A DNA stretch of 64,000 nt, taken from NCBI GenBank assembly GCA_047284725.1, contig JBJBEO010000001.1, forward strand, positions 1,944,203 to 2,008,202, in the 5' to 3' direction. Of the stretch, positions 16,817 through 32,449 are shown piece after piece. A program made the translations under genes and the position numbers. Origin of the DNA: Synechococcus sp. (GTDB lineage Bacteria; Cyanobacteriota; Cyanobacteriia; PCC-6307; Cyanobiaceae). Position 1 is the stretch's first letter; every line of letters begins with the position of its first letter. The notes under the pieces are model-generated. The model did no database searches. It worked only from the letters and a program-made list of their open reading frames with translations, and was not told the origin of the DNA.

Positions 16817-18301
16817 TCAAGCGGCGTAATGCAAGGGCCAAGGTTGTTTCAGGAAGCGGCGACCGCTGTCTCTGAGGAACAACCGTTGAGCCCCATCGTT
16901 GCTTTCAGTGATCAACTCTTCCTGCACCAGCCGGCGGGTTAACCAGCCCCAACGAAGGGGCTCGACCTCGGCAAGGGTTTCGCTGAGGCTGCGAATATCG
17001 GCACCATGAGCGTCTTCGAGAGCCTGCAGCAACGTGAGCGCAGCCTCCGACCAATCGTCCCGTTGAAGCCGCCCTTGACAGCGATCGCATCGACCACAGG
17101 GTGGCGCCAGTTCTCCCACCGCCAGCAGAAGCGCCTGCTGACGACACATCTCCCCCTCTGCCACTGCTTCCATACGCCGCAACTGTTGCTGCGCCAGCTC
17201 AACCCGACTTCGTTCTTCTTGCTCCATCTCAGCGGATAAAGGCCGCCGCAACGACGCCTGCATCGCCCAAGCCAGGCTGGTGCGATCACCGGGAGAAAAC
17301 AGCACGAGGCACTGGGCAGGCTCACCATCACGACCAGCACGGCCTGACTCCTGGAGGTAGCCCTCCGGCGTGGAAGGGAGATCGAGGTGCAGCACCAACC
17401 CGACATCACCGCGATCCACGCCCATGCCAAAGGCCACTGTGGCCACCAGAACGGGTCGTTCCGCCTCAAGGAAATGGCACAACGCCTGATGGCGCAGTTG
17501 AGGATCCAACCCTGCGTGATAAGGGATCGCCTCCGCACCATTGGCGCTGAGACGCTCTGACCACCGCTCCACCGAGCGCCGGGTACGTGCATAGATCAAC
17601 GAAGCACCGCGCCCTTGATCAAGAGCCTTCAGCACCTGCGCCAGAGGATCCTTGGGGCGCCTGCGCATCACGTAATGGAGATTGTCACGCTGAGCAGAAC
17701 ACACCTGCACCAATGGGCGCTGCAGTTCAAGAAGACGAAGGATGTCAGCTCGCACCCTGGGCGCTGCAGTGGCACTGAGCGCGACCACCGGCACGCCTGG
17801 GCAGAGAGCCCTCACCTCCCCAAGTCGGCGGTAATCAGGGCGAAAGTCGTGGCCCCATGCACTGATGCAGTGAGCTTCATCCACGGCCAAAGCCACCAAA
17901 CGTCCCTGGGCATGGGTGGCAGCAATCAAGTCACGAATCTGCGCCGTCTGCAATCGCTCTGGCGCCAGATACAACAGATTCAGCGCCCCTTCCGCCAGGG
18001 ACCGACACACCTGCTGACGCACCTCCGGAGCAAGACCGGCATGGAGACAGGCCGAGGGGATCTTGCGCTGGCGCAACTGGCGAACCTGATCCTCCATCAA
18101 GGCCACCAAGGGAGAAATCACGAGCACTAATCCTTCTTTCACCAAGGCTGGAAGCTGATAGCAGAGTGATTTCCCCCCGCCAGTGGGTAGAACCGCCAAG
18201 GCGTCGCGACCGCTCAACAACGCCTCAATGACAGGACGCTGACCCGGACGGAAGCCGTCCCAGCCGTAATGGCGCGCGAGGGTCGCCAGCAGGGGATCCA
18301 A
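16817..18301 (-). CDS. recQ: ATP-dependent DNA helicase RecQ
   Basis: [33 protein letters not shown] and [10 protein letters not shown] motifs plus Zn-binding Cys. Confidence 0.93.
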   Translation of the reverse strand: MDPLLATLARHYGWDGFRPGQRPVIEALLSGRDALAVLPTGGGKSLCYQLPALVKEGLVLVISPLVALMEDQVRQLRQRKIPSACLHAGLAPEVRQQVCRSLAEGALNLLYLAPERLQTAQIRDLIAATHAQGRLVALAVDEAHCISAWGHDFRPDYRRLGEVRALCPGVPVVALSATAAPRVRADILRLLELQRPLVQVCSAQRDNLHYVMRRRPKDPLAQVLKALDQGRGASLIYARTRRSVERWSERLSANGAEAIPYHAGLDPQLRHQALCHFLEAERPVLVATVAFGMGVDRGDVGLVLHLDLPSTPEGYLQESGRAGRDGEPAQCLVLFSPGDRTSLAWAMQASLRRPLSAEMEQEERSRVELAQQQLRRMEAVAEGEMCRQQALLLAVGELAPPCGRCDRCQGRLQRDDWSEAALTLLQALEDAHGADIRSLSETLAEVEPLRWGWLTRRLVQEELITESNDGAQRLFLRDSGRRFLKQPWPLHYAA

Positions 18302-18350
18302 ACCACACCAGAACTAGGTAAAAGCAGCTTAACCACACCAGATCTAGTGC
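18301..18350. promoter_or_regulatory. Tandem NrdR-box-like sites upstream of recQ
   Basis: 17-bp direct repeat (16/17, period 30). The second copy forms the palindrome ACACCAGATCTAGTGC. Confidence 0.5.
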
Positions 18351-18367
18351 TTTACCGTGATGCAATC

Positions 18368-19453
18368 TCAGGGTGCGAGCGGTGACTCGAGCTGATCCGG
18401 GGCTTCCTCCACAAGCTGAAGACGAACCCGCTTTCCACCCGCCAACTCACCCAACGAAACCCGCATCGTTGCCCCGCTCAGCGTTTGAAGGGCATTCAAC
18501 ACGTCACGCAAGTACGGCGTGCTGCTGCCGCTTTCAACCCAGAGACGCTCCTGAAGTCCTCCCAGTCTCCGCCACGAGGTGTGCAGCTTCAGCACGGCGG
18601 ATTCGAGCGCCTGGGCCTGGCCGACCGCATCAGCAAGAAGCCCAAGGGCATCAAGGCGCTGGGCTTCCTGCATGGCCTTCTCCAGATCCAACTCGCCCTG
18701 CTGGAAGGCCCTCACCGCCACGCTGCTTTCTGTGGCCTTCGTGATCCACCGCGCCGTATTGGTCACATCCTTGATGCGATCGAGCTCCGGTTCATCGCGC
18801 AATACCTTGCGGAGATCCTCCTGCTGCGGTTCCGGCAGCTTGGCCAACTCCTTCACCAGGGGAGCAACAGCCCGCGGAGGCAGAAGATTCTCCTGCGTGC
18901 GCTGGCGAATTTCCTCGGGCAAGAGCGGACTGGTGGCTGCCGTGAATTCATCGGTGAGGCGACGGACCTGCTTCCGCGTGATCTCTTGGCCATCATTCGC
19001 CGCCTCCGAAATCATCAGCTGCACTTCTGGATCCGCCTGAGCGGTCTCCAGAAACGCACGCTTCGAAAACTGATTCACACTCGATTGCTCGAGCATTCCA
19101 CCGCCCACCAGATCTTCTGCGGACTCCGCCAGCTGAATCAGGGCATAGGCACGCGTTTTGCTGATCTCACGCTCTCTGAGCCATTGCAAAAAACCTGCAC
19201 CACGACCTTCTCCGCCACGTTTCTCGCGGTCGCGCACGGCTTTGAGGATACGGCCCCTGAGGATTTCGGTCTGAAGGTCAAAGCGGTCGCACACCGCCCA
19301 GGCTTGCTCCAGCTGCGCCAGAAACTCCATCGTGCTGATGTCGTCGCGCTCTGGATCAGGAAGATCCAGCTGCAACATGGGCGGCTCAGGGCTGAGGCTG
19401 GAACTCACGACAGCTGCACGAACAGGCACGGATGCTGCCATGGCGGACGACAT
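18368..19453 (-). CDS. Conserved cyanobacterial hypothetical protein
   Basis: Long helical ORF with host-like composition ([19 protein letters not shown]). Start is 19453 or 19480. Confidence 0.8.
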   Translation of the reverse strand: MSSAMAASVPVRAAVVSSSLSPEPPMLQLDLPDPERDDISTMEFLAQLEQAWAVCDRFDLQTEILRGRILKAVRDREKRGGEGRGAGFLQWLREREISKTRAYALIQLAESAEDLVGGGMLEQSSVNQFSKRAFLETAQADPEVQLMISEAANDGQEITRKQVRRLTDEFTAATSPLLPEEIRQRTQENLLPPRAVAPLVKELAKLPEPQQEDLRKVLRDEPELDRIKDVTNTARWITKATESSVAVRAFQQGELDLEKAMQEAQRLDALGLLADAVGQAQALESAVLKLHTSWRRLGGLQERLWVESGSSTPYLRDVLNALQTLSGATMRVSLGELAGGKRVRLQLVEEAPDQLESPLAP

Positions 19454-19525
19454 TGTGTGACGCTCCACGGTCGAGGCCACCCACCCGGAGATACGCTCAC
19501 ACTGCTTCTTCGATCCTCCGCAGCG

Positions 19526-19735
19526 ATGGCGATCTCCCGCGGTGACATGGTGCGCATCAAGCGCCCTGAGTCCTACTGGTACAACGAAGTGGGCAAAGTC
19601 GCCTCCATTGACACCTCAGGCATCCGCTACCCAGTTGTGGTTCGCTTTGAGAAGGTGAATTACAACGGAATTTCCGGTTCTGAAGGTGGCATCAACACCA
19701 ACAACTTTGCCGAATCTGAACTGGAGAAGGCCTGA
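19526..19735 (+). CDS. psaE: Photosystem I subunit IV
   Basis: [23 protein letters not shown]...[12 protein letters not shown]. Confidence 0.97.
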   Translation: MAISRGDMVRIKRPESYWYNEVGKVASIDTSGIRYPVVVRFEKVNYNGISGSEGGINTNNFAESELEKA

Positions 19736-19741
19736 GGCTCC

Positions 19742-20608
19742 TTGCCCGAACTTCCTGAAGTTGAGACGGTTCGCCGAGGGTTAGTCAACCGTCTCAACCA
19801 TTTCAGAATCCATGAACTTGAAGTCCTCCGCGAACGCGCCATCGCGAGTCCAGGAGGATCTTATGTCTTTGTCTCTGCTCTGAAGGGCGCCTGGGTTGGC
19901 GACTGGCACCGTCGAGGCAAGTACCTCTATGCAGAGCTCAATGAGCAAAAAGCAGGCCCCTCGTCTGCCACCAGAGGTCTTTGGGGTGTTCACCTCAGAA
20001 TGACCGGCCAGTTTCTATGGGTTGACCATGAGGGAGATCAGACCCCTTGTCGTCACACCCGTGTCCGCATCTGGGATCAGCAAGGGAATGAACTGCGCTT
20101 CATCGATATGCGCAGCTTTGGGCAAATGTGGTGGGTACCGCCAGTACAAGCCCCTGAAACAGTCATCACTGGCCTCAAAAAACTTGGACCAGAACCTTTC
20201 AGTGAGAGCTTTAACGCCAGATACTTGCAACAAAAATTGAAGGGAAGCAGCCGTTCCATCAAGGCTGCATTGCTTGACCAAACTCTGGTGGCAGGTACAG
20301 GAAATATCTACGCCGATGAAAGCCTGTTTGAAGCAGGCATTGCTCCGCACACACCGGCTGGGCGCCTGAAGCGAGAGCAATTGCAGGGCCTCCATGATGC
20401 ATTGGTCTCTGTACTGGAGCGAAGTATTGGAGCCGGCGGAACCACATTCAGCGACTTCCGTGATCTAGAGGGCGTCAATGGAAACTACGGAGGCCAGGCA
20501 TCTGTTTATCGTCGAACGGATCAACCGTGCCTCATCTGCGGAACGCCGATTCAACGAGACAAGCTGGTTGGTAGGAGCACCCATTGGTGCCCGAAGTGTC
20601 AGCACTGA
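19742..20608 (+). CDS. mutM: Formamidopyrimidine-DNA glycosylase
   Basis: PELPEVET, RRGKYL, HLRMTG and GNIYADE motifs plus a C-terminal zinc finger. Confidence 0.96.
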   Translation: MPELPEVETVRRGLVNRLNHFRIHELEVLRERAIASPGGSYVFVSALKGAWVGDWHRRGKYLYAELNEQKAGPSSATRGLWGVHLRMTGQFLWVDHEGDQTPCRHTRVRIWDQQGNELRFIDMRSFGQMWWVPPVQAPETVITGLKKLGPEPFSESFNARYLQQKLKGSSRSIKAALLDQTLVAGTGNIYADESLFEAGIAPHTPAGRLKREQLQGLHDALVSVLERSIGAGGTTFSDFRDLEGVNGNYGGQASVYRRTDQPCLICGTPIQRDKLVGRSTHWCPKCQH

Positions 20609-20915
20609 ATCGATTAACAAGGATCCATTACCTTGCGGGGGAATGAACCTTCACCAATCAGAAGCAACATGAGGCGATCAGACATCCTGCACCAGTGAAG
20701 GTGATAAAAGCCCACAAGAGGAAATTTTAATGTTGTGCGCCAGAACAATCCTCTGACATCAGCAACGGTTGTTCTTGAAGGAGCTCACCTTCATGGGTGA
20801 GAAGCAGACCGAGTGCAATGCCGCAAGCAGCGAGACCGAGTCCGGCGGCAGTTTCAGTACCGCTTGTTCAGAACCAGAGGGCGATCTCTCATCAACACGC
20901 AGCAAACCAGAACAC

Positions 20916-20945
20916 AAAAAAAGCCGCCCCATCAGGAACGGCTTT
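20916..20945 (-). terminator. rRNA operon terminator
   Basis: AAAGCCG...CGGCTTT stem with an A7 run (U-tract on the minus strand), downstream of 5S. Confidence 0.7.
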
Positions 20946-21013
20946 CTTCGCGGGAGTCAGACAACAATTGTGTTGTTCAATCTGAATCCAACAGTTAGTC
21001 AAGAATTGGTTTT

Positions 21014-21131
21014 ACCTGGCATCGAGTTATTTTCTCAGGGGGCTACCCCCCAAATATCGTCACCGCTGCTGCGTTTCACAACCGAGTTCGAGATGGATCG
21101 GAGTGGGACCACAGCGCTATGGACACCAGGA
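21014..21131 (-). rRNA. rrf: 5S rRNA
   Basis: TCCTGGTGTCC...GCCAGGT ends and the conserved CCATCTCGAACTCGG. Confidence 0.95.
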
Positions 21132-21242
21132 TAGTCTCAATTCTCAAGGATGAACCCTGAGAACTGCATAGGTTCTGATTACTGTCGTAATCACATCATG
21201 AAAAGAATCAAGCTTGCTTCAAAAGGCAAGAACCAAAATGTT

Positions 21243-24106
<2,864 letters not shown>

Positions 24107-24491
24107 AATTAACATCCAACACGCTTGCCGTCGTTGAAACGGATTCTTTCTGATTCATTGCTGAATCAGAAATCAAACTCCCAATTGCTCGACACAATCA
24201 GAAGAACGTGATGGAGTCTCGGCTCTTGCTCAAGAATCAAACATCATCCAAAAAAGAATGATGCATCCATGAGATGCTTTATTCTTTCCAGACTCACCTA
24301 TGCAGTTGTCAAGGTTCTGCTAGAACTTCAAACTGATTGATCAGTTTGAGCCCAGCATCTTATCAACCAAAATCAAAGTTGTTTTCTGACTTGGAATGAC
24401 AGGAAGCTGGGATCGTCCAGCGGACACATCTAAATCACACTCCATTCGAGCTCAACTCCATACTCTGAAGTTGGGGACAAAGTTCGGTCAG

Positions 24492-24564
24492 TGGAGGTTA
24501 GGAGACTCGAACTCCTGACATCCTGCTTGCAAAGCAGGCGCTCTACCAACTGAGCTAAACCCCC
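24492..24564 (-). tRNA. tRNA-Ala(TGC)
   Basis: ITS tRNA with CCTGC-TT-TGC-AA-GCAGG arm. Confidence 0.97.
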
Positions 24565-24573
24565 AACACCGAA

Positions 24574-24647
<74 letters not shown>

Positions 24648-24831
24648 AGGAGTCTCATCCCTTTTGGGGTGTGACCTAGACAAAGTTTAGGAACTGAAAA
24701 TCTCCATCAAGCAACTCACATCGCTGCAAGTTCTTGACTTCAAAGCTGAGGTACCGATCGACCTAAGGTGACAGGATTTCGGCCTAAGAATAAAAGCACT
24801 CAGGCATCAAAATCATTGTGTTGTCTCCCTG

Positions 24832-26316
<1,485 letters not shown>

Positions 26317-26742
26317 AGATCAATTCCTCTCGGACATTCTCATATCCTCAAATTGATTTGCTTCACCCACACTGCAAGCTTCCGCTCAGTGCAGTTGTCG
26401 CCTCCTCTCCGCTGACACAGAAAGGGTTCTTAAGAGTGCACTTCTAGATCTCTCTATCCATGACTTTCCAGGATCTCAGATCCGGTTGTTGCTCCACCAT
26501 TTGCACACCGGCAACAAAGAGGCTCGTGAAAACCTCCTCGTTGCAGCAAATGACTTCTTCGCAACGAAATTGTTTGACGGGACCTCACACCTTTATCGCA
26601 ATTTCATTTAATCTCTCCCCTCACCTCGCGGCTTGGCTCAACATTAAACGCGATAAAAGCGTCAGTTCCTAAACTTTTCAATTGTCCAGGTTCTCGCCTC
26701 CCTTCTCCCTCTCAGGAGTCGTTCAGCGCTGCAGCCTCGCGG

Positions 26743-26843
26743 CCGCTTGTTGAACTTACAACACCGTGGGATCTCTCTCCCGGCCTCATAAGTGACGCGG
26801 TCTCTCAACCGCTTGATGAACCTACAACATCGTGGGATCGCTC
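26743..26843 (-). repeat. Two 35-bp direct repeats in the rrn leader (probable tandem promoters)
   Basis: 26743-26777 versus 26809-26843, 31/35 identical, period 66. Each holds TG-TAAGTT or TG-TAGGTT on the minus strand. Confidence 0.7.
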
Positions 26844-27063
26844 CCCTTCCGCTCTCGGCTCACTACCGTCAAACAAGCACTCGCGTACTCGCTTCCAGCA
26901 GTCCGCACGCTCGCCTCTCGGCTCCCGCGCAGTCCAAAACCATAACCCATACATCCCCCTACACGCAACCCTTTCTTCAATTCACCACTTCTCCAGACTT
27001 GCTTCCACTCCCCTCTCCCTTTGCCATTACTAGCGTTTAGCTCGAAGGACTCCAGCGCGAGTA

Positions 27064-28551
27064 ATGGCAGGACGCTTCAGCCAGCAACATCAACGTGTAC
27101 GGCCAAGCTCCAAAGAAGACCAGGTCGTCGACAAGGCAAGGGAGCACTTCGAGCGCACGCTCATTCACGCAGCGGGATCAGTGGCAGGCAGCGTTGCCGC
27201 TCTTGAGCACCCAAGCCACGACGAAGCCCTTAATTACGGGGAGATCTTCCTGCGCGACAACGTGCCCGTGATGATCTACCTGCTCACGCAGAAGCGCTAT
27301 GCGGAAGTCAGGCATTTCTTGACTGTCTGCCTCGATCTTCAGAGCACGACTTACCAAACCCGTGGGGTGTTCCCCACCAGCTTTGTGGAAGAGGGCCATG
27401 ACCTCATTGCTGACTATGGCCAGCGGTCGATCGGCAGGATCACCTCTGTTGACGCCAGTTTGTGGTGGCCAGTGCTGTGCTGGCTTTATGTAAAACGCAG
27501 TCGTGACGAGGAATTCGGCTCCAGCCAAAAAGTGCAGCGTGGTGTGCAGTTACTGCTGGACCTCGTCCTGCATCCCACCTTCGAAGGCACACCGGTGCTG
27601 TTTGTACCGGACTGCGCCTTCATGATTGACCGTCCGATGGACGTCTGGGGAGCCCCACTCGAGGTAGAAGTGCTGCTGTACGCATCCCTGCGCAGTTGCA
27701 TCAAGTTGATGGAGCTGAGCAGACGTCACCACGACAGCCGCTTACTGGATCAACGATTAGTGCTCACGCGCCAGTGGGTGCACGATCTGCGCCAATTCCT
27801 ACTGAAGCACTACTGGGTGACCAGTAAGACGATGCAGGTGTTGCGGCGCCGGCCAACCGAACAGTACGGAGATAATCAGCACCAAAACGAGTTCAACGTT
27901 CAGCCGCAGGTGATTCCTGACTGGCTACAGGACTGGCTTGAAAACCGGGGCGGTTACCTGATCGGCAATATGCGCACCGGTCGTCCTGATTTTCGTTTTT
28001 ACAGTCTGGGAAATTCCCTTGGCTGTCTTTTCGGACTGCTGACCAGTCCTCAACAACGCGCGCTGTTCAGACTCGTCCTTCATAACCGCGACCATCTCAT
28101 GGCCCAGATGCCGATGCGTATCTGTCACCCGCCGATGGACGGCCTCGAATGGCAAAACAAAACGGGGTCAGATCCGAAAAACTGGCCCTGGAGTTACCAC
28201 AACGGAGGGCACTGGCCAAGCTTGCTCTGGTTCTTCGGAGCCGCCATTCTTCTGCATGAGCGCCGACATCCCCACGCTGATGTGTTGCTGATGGGCCAAA
28301 TGAAAGCGCTGCTGGAAGAAAGCTACTGGAGTCAGCTCAATCAACTGCCGCGTCAGCAATGGGCGGAATACTTTGATGGCCCCACTGGCACATGGGTTGG
28401 GCAACAGTCACGCACGTATCAGACCTGGACCATCGTTGGCTTTCTCCTCCTTCACCACTTCTTGCGAACAAGCCCAGAAGACGTGGAAATTCTCGACCTG
28501 GACGACCTCCTCCCCGAAAAGATGGCGGAAGAGGATGAAAAAACACAATAA
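27064..28551 (+). CDS. Alkaline/neutral invertase (GH100)
   Basis: LNYGEIFLRD, ADYGQRSIGRITSVDASLWW, MIDRPMDV, WSYHNGGHWP and WAEYFDG motifs. Confidence 0.93.
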   Translation: MAGRFSQQHQRVRPSSKEDQVVDKAREHFERTLIHAAGSVAGSVAALEHPSHDEALNYGEIFLRDNVPVMIYLLTQKRYAEVRHFLTVCLDLQSTTYQTRGVFPTSFVEEGHDLIADYGQRSIGRITSVDASLWWPVLCWLYVKRSRDEEFGSSQKVQRGVQLLLDLVLHPTFEGTPVLFVPDCAFMIDRPMDVWGAPLEVEVLLYASLRSCIKLMELSRRHHDSRLLDQRLVLTRQWVHDLRQFLLKHYWVTSKTMQVLRRRPTEQYGDNQHQNEFNVQPQVIPDWLQDWLENRGGYLIGNMRTGRPDFRFYSLGNSLGCLFGLLTSPQQRALFRLVLHNRDHLMAQMPMRICHPPMDGLEWQNKTGSDPKNWPWSYHNGGHWPSLLWFFGAAILLHERRHPHADVLLMGQMKALLEESYWSQLNQLPRQQWAEYFDGPTGTWVGQQSRTYQTWTIVGFLLLHHFLRTSPEDVEILDLDDLLPEKMAEEDEKTQ

Positions 28552-28575
28552 AAAAGCCCGGTCTGAAGACCGAGC
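28550..28575 (-). terminator. Terminator between convergent invertase and petD
   Basis: A6-GC.CGGTC-TGAA-GACCG.GC hairpin. Confidence 0.6.
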
Positions 28576-28597
28576 CTCTATTAGTTCAAAGAACTGA

Positions 28598-29080
28598 TCA
28601 GAAAAGGCCGAGGGTCAAGGACTTGTCAATGGGCAGTGCAGCACCAATGCCGAGATAAATCGTGGTGACAGTTCCGAACAGGAAAACTGCCATAGCAACA
28701 GGCCGACGGAAGGGATTTTGAAACTTGTTAAAGCTCTCGATAAAAGGCACCAGCATTAACCCGAGGGGAACCAGTGTTTGAAGAGCGATACCCAAAAGCT
28801 TGTTGGGAACAACCCTGAGAATCTGAAAGACCGGATAGAGATACCACTCAGGCAAGATCTCCAGAGGGGTAGCGAACGGATCGGCCTTGTCGCCGAGCAT
28901 GGCCGGATCAAGGACAGCCAGACCGACCACACACGCAATAGTCCCCAGAATCACAACAGGGAAAATGTAGAGAAGGTCGTTGGGCCAAGCAGGCTCACCA
29001 TAGTAATTGTGGCCCATCCCTTTGGCGAGCTTGGCCCGGAGGTTGGGATCAGTGAGGTCAGGCTTCTTGAGGATGTGCAT
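28598..29080 (-). CDS. petD: Cytochrome b6f subunit IV
   Basis: [16 protein letters not shown] and PEWY motifs. Confidence 0.98.
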   Translation of the reverse strand: MHILKKPDLTDPNLRAKLAKGMGHNYYGEPAWPNDLLYIFPVVILGTIACVVGLAVLDPAMLGDKADPFATPLEILPEWYLYPVFQILRVVPNKLLGIALQTLVPLGLMLVPFIESFNKFQNPFRRPVAMAVFLFGTVTTIYLGIGAALPIDKSLTLGLF

Positions 29081-29128
29081 GGGATTGACCAGAGAATGTT
29101 CGTAGTGGACTGAACGTGGATCGCTGGA

Positions 29129-29785
29129 TCACAAGGGACCGGAAATACCCTGCTTCCGGATCATCAGGAAGTGCATGAGCATGAAAACGGCCAAGAGCCA
29201 GGGCATCACGAAGGTGTGGAGGCTGTAAAAGCGAGTGAGTGTGGACTGACCAACACTCTCGCCGCCACGCAGCAACTCGACCATGAAGTCACCGACAACC
29301 GGAATGGCAGCTGGAACACCGGAAACGATTTTGACGGCCCAATAACCAACCTGATCCCAGGGCAGCGAGTAACCGGTCACACCGAAAGAAACGGTGATCA
29401 CAGCCATGGTGACGCCGGTCACCCAAGTGAGCTCACGGGGACGCTTAAAGCCTCCGGTGAGATACACGCGGAACACGTGAAGGATCAGCATCAGAACCAT
29501 CATCGACGCACTCCAGCGGTGAACGGAGCGGATCAGCCAGCCAAAGCTGACGTCGGTCATCAGGTACTGAACAGAGGAATAGGCCTCAGCAACAGTCGGC
29601 TTGTAGTAAAAGGTCATCGCGAATCCAGTCGCGAACTGGATCAGGAAGCAGACCAGAGTGATCCCACCAAGGCAATAAAAAATATTGACGTGAGGGGGCA
29701 CGTACTTGGTGCTGATGTCGTCAGCGATGTCCTGAATTTCAAGACGTTCCTGGAACCAGTCGTAGACAGGTGAGGAGTTCGCCAT
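29129..29785 (-). CDS. petB: Cytochrome b6
   Basis: [21 protein letters not shown] and [10 protein letters not shown]. Confidence 0.98.
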   Translation of the reverse strand: MANSSPVYDWFQERLEIQDIADDISTKYVPPHVNIFYCLGGITLVCFLIQFATGFAMTFYYKPTVAEAYSSVQYLMTDVSFGWLIRSVHRWSASMMVLMLILHVFRVYLTGGFKRPRELTWVTGVTMAVITVSFGVTGYSLPWDQVGYWAVKIVSGVPAAIPVVGDFMVELLRGGESVGQSTLTRFYSLHTFVMPWLLAVFMLMHFLMIRKQGISGPL

Positions 29786-29844
29786 GCAGAAGTGGGCTTG
29801 GATTGCGAGAGTCTACTGAATGCATCCCAACGAACGCGCCCGGT

Positions 29845-31125
29845 ATGAAGCCGATGTTGCCGACTGTTAACTCCCGCCAGAAAGTCGTTCGTGCCCTGGC
29901 CTGTGGCCTGATCAGCCTGATGCTGACGGCCTCCCTCTGGTCAAGACCAGTGCTGGCCCTCAACGATGCCCAACAGCTGGTGGTGGAAAGCTGGAAACTG
30001 GTGAACCAGAGCTACGTCAGCCCCGAACGGTTCGAAACTATTCATTGGAAGCGTCTGCGGCAGAAGGCACTGGAAGGAACGATTGAAAGCAGCGACCAGG
30101 CCTACAGCGCCATCGAAACAATGCTGGCTCCTTTGGGGGACCCCTACACCCGTCTGCTGCGGCCGGATGACTACTCGACGATGAAAGCCAGCAACCAAGG
30201 CAATCTCAGCGGTGTAGGACTCCAGCTAGCCCATGGGGACAAAGCGGGAGACGTTGTTGTGATCGCTCCCCTGGAAGGGTCTCCCGCCGCAGAAGCAGGC
30301 GTGGTCAGCGGGACGGCGATTCTCACGGTGAACGGAGAGTCAACAGAGTGTCTTGGCCTCGAGGGAACTGCAGCGATGCTGCGAGGTGATGCGGGCACGC
30401 AGGTGGTGTTGACCCTGAAAACCCCCTCTGGCAGCAGCGAAGAATTGACCTTGGAACGACGCAGTGTGGATCTGCGACCTGTGCGAACTCGCCGGCTGCG
30501 CCGTGACGATCACACGCTCGGTTATTTGCGCATCACCCAGTTCAGCGATGGGGTGCCCGAACAGGTGGGTGAAGCGCTAAATGAGCTCTCAGACAAAGGC
30601 ATCGAAGGCTTGGTGCTGGATCTCCGCAACAACTCCGGAGGGTTGGTGAGCGCTGGTCTGGCCGTGGCCGACACCTTCCTCAGTGGCGAGCCGATTGTGG
30701 AAACGCGTAACCGTGATGGGATCGCTGATCCGATTCAGGCCAGCCAAGCCACCCTCTACGACGGACCGATGGTGACCCTTGTCAATGGAGGGACCGCCAG
30801 CGCCAGTGAGATCCTGGCGGGAGCTCTGCAGGACGATGGACGATCCCAACTCGTGGGAAGTCGGACCTTCGGCAAAGGGCTGATCCAGACCCTGACCAAT
30901 CTCAGTGATGGCAGTGGCCTGGCTGTGACGGTGGCCGGCTATCTCACCCCTAGCGGCCAGGACATCCAGGGCCAAGGCATTGAACCCGACCGTTTACTGG
31001 ACCAACCAGAACCTCTCAACCCTGGAGGTGATGGCGATGGCTGGCTGACGGATGCGGCCAGGATCATGGAAAGCATGCTGGATCGTGTCGAAAATTCAGA
31101 GGTCCCAACCACCCAGGTCAGCTGA
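29845..31125 (+). CDS. ctpA: Carboxyl-terminal processing protease (S41, PDZ)
   Basis: LGDPYTR, DLRNNSGG, TASASEI and TFGKG motifs. Start and paralog identity are approximate. Confidence 0.85.
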   Translation: MKPMLPTVNSRQKVVRALACGLISLMLTASLWSRPVLALNDAQQLVVESWKLVNQSYVSPERFETIHWKRLRQKALEGTIESSDQAYSAIETMLAPLGDPYTRLLRPDDYSTMKASNQGNLSGVGLQLAHGDKAGDVVVIAPLEGSPAAEAGVVSGTAILTVNGESTECLGLEGTAAMLRGDAGTQVVLTLKTPSGSSEELTLERRSVDLRPVRTRRLRRDDHTLGYLRITQFSDGVPEQVGEALNELSDKGIEGLVLDLRNNSGGLVSAGLAVADTFLSGEPIVETRNRDGIADPIQASQATLYDGPMVTLVNGGTASASEILAGALQDDGRSQLVGSRTFGKGLIQTLTNLSDGSGLAVTVAGYLTPSGQDIQGQGIEPDRLLDQPEPLNPGGDGDGWLTDAARIMESMLDRVENSEVPTTQVS

Positions 31126-31133
31126 CCAACGCC

Positions 31134-32414
31134 ATGGGATGCCGCACCTATCACGACCCACTGCACGGCAGCATTCATCTGGATGACAGCGATCCCGCGG
31201 AAGCCATGGTGCTTGGGCTTGTGGAAAGCGGACCCTTTCAACGGCTGCGGCGTATCCGTCAGTTAGGTCCGGCTTTTCTCACGTTTCATGGAGCCGAGTC
31301 GAGCCGCTTCACCCACTCCCTCGGCGTCTTTCATCTGGCGAGGCGAGCTCTGGGCAAATTGCTTCCTCTCGATCCAAGCCTGGAGCAGCACAAAGCGGTG
31401 CTCTACGGCGCAGCGCTTCTACACGACCTGGGCCATGCCCCCCTCAGTCACACAGGAGAGGACATGTTCGGGCTGCATCATGAGGCGTGGTCGGCGCGAC
31501 TGGCCAGAAAGCATCCCGACGTGTGCCCCCTGCTCGAGGACAGCGGAGAAGGCACGGCAGAGGCTGTCGCCAGCCTGCTGGAGGATGGCCAAGCAGAGCG
31601 CCGGGTGATCAAGGCTCTCATCAGCAGCCAACTCGACTGCGATCGCCTCGATTACCTGATGCGCGACAGCTACAGCACAGGGGCCCGCTACGGCCAACTA
31701 GATCTGGATCGCATTCTCGAAGCCCTCACCTTGGCTCCGGATGGCGATCTAGCCATTCATCCGAAGGGCTTGATGGCCGTTGAGCACTACCTGGTGGTCC
31801 GCAATCTGATGTATCGCAGCGTCTACACCCACCGTCTCAATGTGGTGTGCAACTGGATGCTCGAAAAGGTCGTGCATCTTGCGCGGCAGCTGGGAGCAGA
31901 TCGGGTCTGGAGCGATGCCGTGATGGCGAACTGGCTTTGGGACACCGCTTCCCTGACAGCCGATGACTTTCTCGCCAATGACGACCTGAGAACGGGCTAT
32001 CACCTTCAGCGCTGGGCAGAGGATGCCCCTACGCCGCTCGCACAATTGTGCTCCCGCTTTCTGAATCGAAAGCTGTTCAAAGCCACCAACGTGGCTGCGC
32101 TGTCCACAGAGCAACAACTGGAAGCCCTAGCCCTGGCAAGACGTCTGAGCGAGGCCGCCGCCCTGGATCCCGAACACTGCTGCGGACTACGCCATCAGCA
32201 ACTCAGGGGTTATCACCCCTATCGAGGAGGTTTACGACTGTGGGATGGCGCCATGCTGCGCGGCCTAGAGACGACCTCCTCTCTCGTGAACAGCCTCTCG
32301 AAACCTGCTGCGATGGCTTGGTTGATCCACCCGGGGGAGATCCAGGAGTCATTGCGACAGACACTCGATCTGACGACTCAACACCCCACTGGCAATGGGG
32401 CACATGCCGATTAA
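31134..32414 (+). CDS. HD-superfamily phosphohydrolase
   Basis: FQRLRRIRQLG, SRFTHSLG, LLHDLGH and LDCDRLDYL motifs. Confidence 0.9.
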   Translation: MGCRTYHDPLHGSIHLDDSDPAEAMVLGLVESGPFQRLRRIRQLGPAFLTFHGAESSRFTHSLGVFHLARRALGKLLPLDPSLEQHKAVLYGAALLHDLGHAPLSHTGEDMFGLHHEAWSARLARKHPDVCPLLEDSGEGTAEAVASLLEDGQAERRVIKALISSQLDCDRLDYLMRDSYSTGARYGQLDLDRILEALTLAPDGDLAIHPKGLMAVEHYLVVRNLMYRSVYTHRLNVVCNWMLEKVVHLARQLGADRVWSDAVMANWLWDTASLTADDFLANDDLRTGYHLQRWAEDAPTPLAQLCSRFLNRKLFKATNVAALSTEQQLEALALARRLSEAAALDPEHCCGLRHQQLRGYHPYRGGLRLWDGAMLRGLETTSSLVNSLSKPAAMAWLIHPGEIQESLRQTLDLTTQHPTGNGAHAD

Positions 32415-32449
32415 CGTTTCACCAGTCTGTTTAGGTTCATCGCCTCCCG

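Noticed and set aside
18485..19735. 416-aa ORF ending in PsaE, an apparent fusion
   Set aside because: The upstream part is the antisense shadow of the 18368-19453 gene. PsaE starts at ATG 19526.
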